Shown here: piece by piece, positions 54,592 to 60,867 of the stretch
How the letters are laid out: each line of letters opens with the position of its first letter
How positions within the stretch are numbered: position 1 is the first letter of the stretch
Assembly: GCA_046545955.1 (NCBI GenBank)
Contig: JBKGYS010000001.1
Coordinates: forward strand, 1-60,867
Reading direction: 5' to 3'
Length of the DNA: 60,867 bases
From: Spirochaetales bacterium
Lineage (GTDB): Bacteria > Spirochaetota > Spirochaetia > DSM-27196 > SKKC01
Program-made: the position numbers and the translations under genes
Notes under the pieces: generated by a model
Told to the model about the DNA's origin: nothing
The model's input: the letters and a program-made list of their open reading frames with translations, nothing else
Database searches by the model: none

Positions 54592-56154
54592 ATGGTCGAA
54601 AGCGCCCTGCAAACGCAGGAACACGGAAAAAGGGATCGTGTATCCGAGCTCGAGTTGCTTTTCAGCATCAGTCAGATCCTTGACCAGAGCCTGGATATCA
54701 AGGAAACACTCCAACCCGTTCTCAACGCGGTGGCCGACGGGCTTCAGATGCAGCGTGGCGCCATTACGCTTCTCGACCGCAAAACCGGCGAAATTATTAC
54801 CGAGGCCGCGTACGGTCTGACCGAGGAACAACGTCAGCGGGGGCTCTATCGCCTCGGCGAAGGCATTACCGGGAAAGTGGTGGAGAGCGGCGAACCGATG
54901 GTCATTCGCTCCGTGCAGGAAACCCCTGAGTTTCTCGATCGCACGGGCGCCCGTCGTTTGTCGGACAGCGCCGACGTGAGTTTTCTCTGCGTTCCGATAC
55001 GGATCGGTAAAGAAACCCTTGGAGCGTTCAGCCTCGACCGTCCGGTTGTCGACGAGCCGGAGCTTACCGACGACGTTCGTCTACTGAGCATTATTTGCTC
55101 GATGATAGCCCAGGCGGTACAGACCCGCAGGGCCGCGATGGAGGAAAAGCGCCGGCTTCAAGCGGAAAACGACAGGCTGAAACACGAGCTGCAGCAGCGC
55201 TTTCGCCCGTCTAATATAATCGGCAATTCCAGCAGTATGCAGACGGTCTTCGATATGATCGCCCAAGTCTCACGGAGCGAAGCAACGGTGCTCATTCGAG
55301 GGGAGAGCGGAACGGGCAAGGAGCTTGTCGCCAACGCGATCCACTTCAACAGCCGACGCGCCGACAAACCGTTCGTTAAGGTTAACTGCGCAGCCTTACC
55401 CGAGACCGTTATAGAGAGCGAGCTGTTCGGACACGAGAAAGGAGCCTTCACCGGCGCCATCTCCACGAGGAAAGGCCGATTTGAGGCGGCCGCAGGTGGC
55501 ACAATATTCCTCGATGAGATCGGCGACCTCTCGGCCACAACGCAGGTGAAGCTGCTTCGTGTTCTGCAGGAAAAAGAGTTCGAGCGCGTTGGCGGCAACC
55601 AGACTATACGAACGAACGTCCGGGTAATCGCCGCTACGAACAAGAACCTCGAGGAACTCATCGCCGACGGACAATTCCGTGAAGACTTGTATTACAGGCT
55701 CGATGTCTTCCCGATCCGCGTTCCTCCGCTGAGGGAACGAAAGAGCGATATCCTTCAATTGGCGGACTACTTTGTCGAGAAGTACTCAAAGGAGAACCAC
55801 GTTACAATCCGCCGCATTGCCACACCGGCGATAGACCTCCTGACCGCCTATCACTGGCCGGGAAACGTCCGCGAGCTCGAGAACTGCATAGAGCGAGCGG
55901 TGCTGCTGAGTACCGACGAGGTAATCCACAGCCACCACCTGCCGCCGTCGCTTCAAAGCGCCGAGAGCACGGATACAAGCCTGCATTCTTCCCTCGAGGA
56001 AGCTGTCAACAAGCTCGAGCGCGATCTGATCCTCGACGCGCTTAAGAGCACCCGCGGAAACATGGCCCGCGCAGCCCGATTGCTCCATGTCACCGAACGC
56101 GTCATGGGCCTGCGGGTCCAGAAACACGGTATAGATCCGAAAAACTACCGGTAA
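54592..56154 (+). CDS. Sigma-54-dependent transcriptional activator, GAF-AAA+-HTH (NifA-like architecture)
   Basis: 520 aa with a GAF-like N-terminus ([12 protein letters not shown]...GEGITGKV). Walker A is GESGTGKE, followed by the GAFTGA loop and a C-terminal Fis-type HTH ([20 protein letters not shown]). Confidence 0.85.
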   Translation: MVESALQTQEHGKRDRVSELELLFSISQILDQSLDIKETLQPVLNAVADGLQMQRGAITLLDRKTGEIITEAAYGLTEEQRQRGLYRLGEGITGKVVESGEPMVIRSVQETPEFLDRTGARRLSDSADVSFLCVPIRIGKETLGAFSLDRPVVDEPELTDDVRLLSIICSMIAQAVQTRRAAMEEKRRLQAENDRLKHELQQRFRPSNIIGNSSSMQTVFDMIAQVSRSEATVLIRGESGTGKELVANAIHFNSRRADKPFVKVNCAALPETVIESELFGHEKGAFTGAISTRKGRFEAAAGGTIFLDEIGDLSATTQVKLLRVLQEKEFERVGGNQTIRTNVRVIAATNKNLEELIADGQFREDLYYRLDVFPIRVPPLRERKSDILQLADYFVEKYSKENHVTIRRIATPAIDLLTAYHWPGNVRELENCIERAVLLSTDEVIHSHHLPPSLQSAESTDTSLHSSLEEAVNKLERDLILDALKSTRGNMARAARLLHVTERVMGLRVQKHGIDPKNYR

Positions 56155-56199
56155 GCGACTACCGACCGAGTCTCCACAAAGGCCTGCCTGATCATACAA

Positions 56200-56243
56200 T
56201 TTTGTAGTTTTTGATCCTTCAAACTACGTTTTTGTAGTTTTTG
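56200..56243. promoter_or_regulatory. Direct plus inverted repeat element: candidate enhancer (UAS) for the sigma-54 promoter, or a weak terminator of the activator gene
   Basis: TTTTGTAGTTTTTG occurs at 56200-56213 and 56230-56243, 30 bp apart. The complementary AAACTAC sits at 56221-56227 between them. The element lies about 190-230 bp upstream of the -24/-12 element. Confidence 0.4.
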
Positions 56244-56428
56244 CTGGAATCCACACCGACTTTGAAGCTTTCACCACGTCGCTTCCCGCGCATCGGGCAC
56301 AAACGATTTGAAGAATTCGCCCCCCGCGCTGAATGCAGCCAAATATCTGTGATGAAACGATATGGACCAACATAGCGACCATTGCCCGGGCGCCGTGCGC
56401 TTAACATCAACATAAAAAATGGCAACGT

Positions 56429-56444
56429 TGGCACGCAATATGCA
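56429..56444 (+). promoter_or_regulatory. Sigma-54 (-24/-12) promoter of amtB-glnK
   Basis: TGGCAC-GCAAT-ATGCA against the consensus TGGCAC-N5-TTGCA. The GG-N10-GC spacing is correct. It lies 58 nt upstream of the amtB ATG and downstream of a sigma-54 activator gene. Confidence 0.6.
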
Positions 56445-56501
56445 TATCAATCCGTATCACACATCCGTTGCACTTCTGCAACAAGCGAGGAGGAACGCGT
56501 T

Positions 56502-57818
56502 ATGAGAAAACGCGCAGTAATGCTTCTGGTACTACTCGGCATGCTTGCCGGTGGAGGTGCCGCGTTCGGTCAGTTCTCGGCCGAGGTCGCGCCGGACCAG
56601 GAGACGGTGGAACTTTTCCGGGATTCGCTCGATATAATCTGGCTTGCACTCGGTGCGGCGCTCGTCCTGTTTATGCAGGCCGGCTTCGCGATGGTGGAAA
56701 CCGGACTGACAAGAGCGAAGAGCGCCGGAAACATCATCATGAAGAACGTCATGGATGCAGCCGCGGGTCTGATCATGTACTTCGCGATCGGCTATGGCAT
56801 CATGTACGGGGCGAGCGCCGGCGGGCTATTCGGCACCGACGGCTTTTTCCTGTCGGCTCCCGGTGTCGATGCTATGCACGAAGTATATATCGACTGGATG
56901 TTCCAGGCGGTTTTTGCGGCAACCGCAGCAACGATTGTAAGCGGGGCGATGGCCGAGCGTACGCAGTTTCGCGGATATCTTATCTACTCGGTCGTTATCA
57001 CGGCCTTGATTTATCCGGTGGTCGGTCACTGGACCTGGGGTGGTGGCTGGCTCGATGCGCTGGGCTTCGCCGACTTCGCCGGTTCGACGATCGTTCACTC
57101 CACCGGTGGATGGGCTGCGCTTGCCGGAGCAATTGTCCTTGGCGCTCGAAAGGGAAAATACGTGAAATCCAATGGAAAGACTTCCGTCCGGGCCATTCCA
57201 GGTCACAATATACCCCTGGCTGCCCTCGGCGTGTTTATACTGTGGTTCGGATGGTTCGGGTTTAACGGCGGAAGCACCTTAAGCGGTGTCGAACCGGCGA
57301 TCGCGGTCGTATTCGTGACTACCGCACTATCGGCTGCCGGCGGTGCCGTCGGCGCAATGGCGCTTAGCTGGATTTTATTCGGTAAGCCGGACGTATCGAT
57401 GACCCTCAACGGTGTACTCGCGGGCCTGGTCGGTATAACCGCCGGACCGGACGTAATAAGTCCCGGATGGTCTATAATCGTCGGGATTATCGCCGGTCTT
57501 ATCGTGGTTGCAAGCGTCGAGATTCTCGATAAGAAGTTTCATATCGATGATCCGGTCGGTGCGATCAGCGTGCACGGCGTGTGCGGCGCCTGGGGAACCC
57601 TTGCCGTGGGTATATTCGGAGGAGGCGACTTCTTCGCTCAGCTCATCGGCGTGCTCGGAGTCTTCGCCTGGACCATGGTAACGTCGCTGATTCTCTTCGG
57701 CATACTGAAGGCTGCCGGTGCACTGCGAGTCAGTGAGGATGAGGAGCTCCGTGGCCTCGATATCAGCGAGCATGGCATGGAGTCGTACGGCGGCTTCCAG
57801 ATCTTCAGCAACATGTGA
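56502..57818 (+). CDS. amtB: Ammonium transporter
   Basis: The start is ATG 56502 with a GAGGAGG SD and a signal peptide. It has AGFAMVETG, DFAGSTIVH and HGVCGAWGTLAVGIF. Confidence 0.9.
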   Translation: MRKRAVMLLVLLGMLAGGGAAFGQFSAEVAPDQETVELFRDSLDIIWLALGAALVLFMQAGFAMVETGLTRAKSAGNIIMKNVMDAAAGLIMYFAIGYGIMYGASAGGLFGTDGFFLSAPGVDAMHEVYIDWMFQAVFAATAATIVSGAMAERTQFRGYLIYSVVITALIYPVVGHWTWGGGWLDALGFADFAGSTIVHSTGGWAALAGAIVLGARKGKYVKSNGKTSVRAIPGHNIPLAALGVFILWFGWFGFNGGSTLSGVEPAIAVVFVTTALSAAGGAVGAMALSWILFGKPDVSMTLNGVLAGLVGITAGPDVISPGWSIIVGIIAGLIVVASVEILDKKFHIDDPVGAISVHGVCGAWGTLAVGIFGGGDFFAQLIGVLGVFAWTMVTSLILFGILKAAGALRVSEDEELRGLDISEHGMESYGGFQIFSNM

Positions 57819-57842
57819 GATTGGAGGCTTAGGGGAAGCGTT

Positions 57843-58184
57843 ATGAAACTAATTACTGCATACATACAGCCGCACAAGCTCACCACGGTAAAGGAGGAGC
57901 TTTTCAAGGCGGAAATTTACAAGATGTCGGTTACCAATGCGCTCGGCTGCGGTCAGCAGCGCGGCTATACCGAAAGCTACCGGGGCGTTGTCACCGAGGT
58001 GAACCTACTCAAGAAAACCCGGATAGATATTGCGGTGAACGATGAGTTTCTACAGAAAACCATCGACGCGCTCGTCAAGGGCGCGCGCACCGGAGAGATT
58101 GGAGACGGGAAAATTTTCGTCACCCCGCTCGAAGAGTGCGTGCGAATTCGAAGCGGCGAAACAGGTACCGAGGCAATCGGATAG
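57843..58184 (+). CDS. glnK: Nitrogen regulatory protein P-II
   Basis: 113 aa with [14 protein letters not shown]-loop [12 protein letters not shown], and [11 protein letters not shown]. It is adjacent to amtB. Confidence 0.9.
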   Translation: MKLITAYIQPHKLTTVKEELFKAEIYKMSVTNALGCGQQRGYTESYRGVVTEVNLLKKTRIDIAVNDEFLQKTIDALVKGARTGEIGDGKIFVTPLEECVRIRSGETGTEAIG

Positions 58185-58275
58185 ACCCGCTTTGTATCTC
58201 CCACCCGACTGATTCGTCCGGGAGGTTGTCGATCAGGTAACCAAGCTGTACCTGAAGGCGCACACAATGCGCCTC

Positions 58276-58381
58276 GGCACGCCTCGTGCTCCACGGGGCA
58301 CGGCCTTGTGCTCAAGGGGTACGCCTCGTGCTCCAAGGGGCACGGCATCGTGCCCCAAGGGGTACGCCTCGTGCCCCAAGG
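58276..58381. repeat. Five tandem 21-22 bp units, each a short GC-rich hairpin
   Basis: The units are at 58276-96, 58297-317, 58318-38, 58339-60 and 58361-81, with consensus GGYACGSCNTCGTGCYCCAAGG. For example, unit 4 with flanking G residues folds as GGGGCACG-GCAT-CGTGCCCC. The array lies between convergent glnK and the GNAT gene. Confidence 0.9.
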
Positions 58382-58449
58382 ATGCACGTACAACTACGTC
58401 GGTCGACAGCCTCCTTTCTCTGTACAGTGTTGATCTGTATTGGTCGGGT

Positions 58450-59535
58450 CTATACCGCGATGAGCATCGCAGCGGCGATCGAAAACGCTGCAAGCAGCAC
58501 CCATGCGGGAACGCTGTAACGGCGCACGCGGTTTGCTGCGTACGCATCGAAGGGGTATACGGGCAGCACAGCGTCCACTACGAGGAGCGCGACCGCCGAC
58601 CGACGCACCCATACGAGCCAACCGACCGCGGCGGGAGAGTCGGCAAGACGCATGAGCACGGCGGCCAGGCCGCCTGTAGCCGCTACGGCCGCAACACCGG
58701 CGACCGAAGCAAGCGCAAGAACCCTCGCATACTTCTCGAATGACCAACCCGGCTCACGCGGATACAGGCTACCTGGAATGGGGAAAATTACGCCGAACCC
58801 TGCGGCAACGAGCATTCCAAGCGGCATTCCCCTTTCCCACATCCGATAACGAAGCCTTACTCCGGCGACTCGAGCGGTAATCCATGTTGCCGCGAGCCGC
58901 AGCAGGATAAGCAATGCCAGAACACCACTGAGGCGATACACCATAACAGCCTCGAGATTCTCCACACGCAGCGAGCGTATGAGGTACAGAAGCGCGATCG
59001 GAATATGCAGTGCGAGCGTTGACACCAGCTGCATCCCCGGTCTCGGCGGTCGAGACTGAGGCGGCTTGCGCCAGAGCGCATGCCCCACGTCGAACAGGTG
59101 CTGCGTATTTGCGATAACGCCGAGCGCGCCGATTCCGTACGTGTCAAAAAGCGCCCCCGCGCTTATTTCCCGAAAGCCCTCGGAGGCAAACAGGCGACTC
59201 AAAGCGGTATTGTCTCCGGCAATATCAGCAAAAAGATGCGTGCAGCCGTTCGCCTCGAGCGCCGACAACCCCTCGGTGAGCAGACGTTTGCCGATACCGG
59301 ATCCCTGGTCGCCCGGATCGACAAAGATCCATGAGACGAGCCCGCCGGTTGATCCACTCGGAAGCGGAAAGAACTTAAGCACAATTCCTCCCCGCACCCT
59401 GCCGTCGGACTCGTAGACGAGCGTCTGCGACCCAAACCCGAACGAAGAGCGTACCAGGACCGGGAACACGTTTCGCACGATTTCGCGGACACGGGGACGG
59501 TCCTTATCCTGCATTTCTCGAATAGTACCCGTCAT
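58450..59535 (-). CDS. GNAT acetyltransferase fused to a polytopic membrane domain
   Basis: 361 aa. The N-terminal about 150 aa contain the GNAT acetyl-CoA motif (VDPGDQGSGIGKRLL). The C-terminal about 200 aa carry about 6 TM helices. Confidence 0.6.
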   Translation of the reverse strand: MTGTIREMQDKDRPRVREIVRNVFPVLVRSSFGFGSQTLVYESDGRVRGGIVLKFFPLPSGSTGGLVSWIFVDPGDQGSGIGKRLLTEGLSALEANGCTHLFADIAGDNTALSRLFASEGFREISAGALFDTYGIGALGVIANTQHLFDVGHALWRKPPQSRPPRPGMQLVSTLALHIPIALLYLIRSLRVENLEAVMVYRLSGVLALLILLRLAATWITARVAGVRLRYRMWERGMPLGMLVAAGFGVIFPIPGSLYPREPGWSFEKYARVLALASVAGVAAVAATGGLAAVLMRLADSPAAVGWLVWVRRSAVALLVVDAVLPVYPFDAYAANRVRRYSVPAWVLLAAFSIAAAMLIAV

Positions 59536-59658
59536 GCGGGGGAAAGCGTAGCGATAACCGCCCGCCGCTGCAACGCACCCACCCGCGGTCGCATGACCGC
59601 CGGTGGTCGGCGCAGTATCCAGGCGGTGGCTACTTCACCGCCCGGGCCTGACTATGAG

Positions 59659-60384
59659 TCAGAGGGAGAGTCGCGAAGCTACGTCCCAGCTGCTGTATAC
59701 GAGCCCAAGCACCGGTGGCGTTAAGACGCTTGTCGCGATTCCGTTGAGACAGATAGCAAGGCTTCCGGCTGCACCCTCGATCCTCCCGTCTTCGAGAGCG
59801 CGCGCCGTGCCTACGCCGTGCGAGGCGGCGCCGAGCGCGTACCCGCGGGCTACAGGAGTTGTGACGCCTATAGTGCGTAGGAGCATCGGCCCGATTACGG
59901 CTCCGAGTACACCGGTCATTACCACGAACGCAGCCGCGAGCGATGGCTCTCCCCCTTCTCGCTCGACTATGGACATAGCAATGGGCGTGGTCACACTTTT
60001 CGGCGCCATGCTTGTGATCATGCTTTCAGGCGCACCGGCAACGAGAAGCGGCGCAACCGCCGAGACAATGCCGACGAGCGCGCCGGCAATTGTTGTGACT
60101 ATCAGCGCCGGAGCCTGCGCTCGGAGCTCGCGAATACGCTCGGCGAGCGGAACACCCAGAGCAACCACCGATGGCCCGAGAAAAAAACTTATGATTCGCC
60201 CACCCTCGTTGTAGGTCGCGTAGTCGATGTCGAGGGCAACGAGAAGGGCGATAATAATGGCTATCGTTACCAGGACAGGATGAACGAGCGGCGTGGCCGC
60301 ACGCGCGTACAACGCCTTCGCGCCCGCGTACACAAGGAGCGATACCGAAACCCAGAGCGCCGGGGAAGTGAGAAACTCATGCAT
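59659..60384 (-). CDS. lrgB: LrgB/CidB-family membrane protein
   Basis: The start is ATG 60384 (MHEFLTSPALWV...). It has LGPSVVALGVPL and APKSVTTPIAMSI. It overlaps the lrgA 3' end by 8 nt. Confidence 0.8.
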   Translation of the reverse strand: MHEFLTSPALWVSVSLLVYAGAKALYARAATPLVHPVLVTIAIIIALLVALDIDYATYNEGGRIISFFLGPSVVALGVPLAERIRELRAQAPALIVTTIAGALVGIVSAVAPLLVAGAPESMITSMAPKSVTTPIAMSIVEREGGEPSLAAAFVVMTGVLGAVIGPMLLRTIGVTTPVARGYALGAASHGVGTARALEDGRIEGAAGSLAICLNGIATSVLTPPVLGLVYSSWDVASRLSL

Positions 60385-60829
60385 CGTCCGAACTCCCATC
60401 CTGCTGTCCTGGTGCCGCCGAGGTGTCACAAGGGGCCGGATTACCTCGAGAAAGCAACTGCTGCAGCGCGCCCACCGTTATCGTTACAAGCACGGTACTC
60501 ACAACAATCGCGACAGCCACCGCAATCCAGTGGTCAGCGATAAGCGAGGCATGGACCATGATTCCAACGCCGGGCGGCACGAAGAGAAAGGACAGATTGT
60601 CGAGAAGCACATCGCTCGCCGTCTTAATCGAGTCAATCGAAAGCCATCCGGACAGGAGCGCGGCGCTGAGAAGGATCATGCCGATAACGTTTCCCGGAAG
60701 CGGAACGCCGAGGGCGGCGAGAAACTCTCCCACTGCGAGGAACACCATGAGAATTACGAGGCCGCCGAACATACGTGCGACTATGCGCACGCTCGAACGA
60801 GTCGTCAAGGAGTGATTACTGTCCACCAC
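60377..60829 (-). CDS. lrgA: LrgA/CidA-family holin-like membrane protein
   Basis: 150 aa with 4 TM segments, LPLPGNVIGMILL and FVPPGVGIM. The start could instead be the internal Met at 60772. Confidence 0.7.
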   Translation of the reverse strand: MVDSNHSLTTRSSVRIVARMFGGLVILMVFLAVGEFLAALGVPLPGNVIGMILLSAALLSGWLSIDSIKTASDVLLDNLSFLFVPPGVGIMVHASLIADHWIAVAVAIVVSTVLVTITVGALQQLLSRGNPAPCDTSAAPGQQDGSSDDA

Positions 60830-60867
60830 CGTGGTGTAAAGCGGTGTCTAACAAGCCGCATAGTAGG

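Noticed and set aside
58267-58743. A 158-aa ORF that reads the 21-bp repeat array as a heptad protein repeat (GTPRAPRGTALCSRGTPRAPRGTASCPKG...).
   Set aside because: One unit is 22 bp. The downstream two-thirds of the ORF is antisense to the well-supported GNAT-membrane gene. There is no SD or start context. The repeat is better explained as non-coding hairpins.
1-60867. A search of the whole window for mobile elements, prophage, defence islands, toxin-antitoxin pairs, reverse transcriptases, inteins and rRNA.
   Set aside because: None of the credible ORFs shows transposase, integrase, recombinase, RT, Cas, restriction-enzyme or toxin motifs. I saw no terminal inverted repeats or duplicated tRNA 3' ends. 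The window reads as core chromosome.

Overview
This is a GC-rich bacterial chromosomal window that is almost entirely coding: about 60 CDS and 2 tRNAs. I found no rRNA, CRISPR array, transposase, integrase, phage gene or recognisable defence gene. The content is mostly housekeeping:
- a MoxR/DUF58/vWA (Bat-type) operon, argJ and a FecCD-type ABC importer
- rmuC, purC, clpP, era, rpiA and a class I lysyl-tRNA synthetase
- pepN, pcm, alr and two MCPs
- the rpsB-tsf-frr-uppS-cdsA-rseP cluster and the rpsF-ssb-rpsR-DUF2232-rplI-dnaB cluster
- pyk, a GAF/sigma-54 activator followed by amtB-glnK, and lrgAB

Class I LysRS, rpsB-tsf-frr without pyrH, the Bat genes and the MCPs together point to a free-living spirochaete. 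The very acidic proteins hint at a saline habitat. Both points are inference.

I did not find a convincing new multi-gene system. The items most worth a second look are:
1. a full-length yeast/plant-type chorismate mutase overlapping a GH13 gene
2. an array of five tandem 21-22 bp hairpin units downstream of glnK
3. a 655-bp non-coding gap holding a 34-bp tandem repeat
4. a 378-nt unexplained gap between a tRNA(CAU) and a permease gene
5. the NifA-like activator, sigma-54 promoter and amtB-glnK module with a repeated upstream element
6. a ComFB gene closing the rpsF...dnaB cluster, whose usual gdpP slot is empty

Many long ORFs in the track are antisense mirror ORFs typical of GC-rich DNA, and I rejected them.
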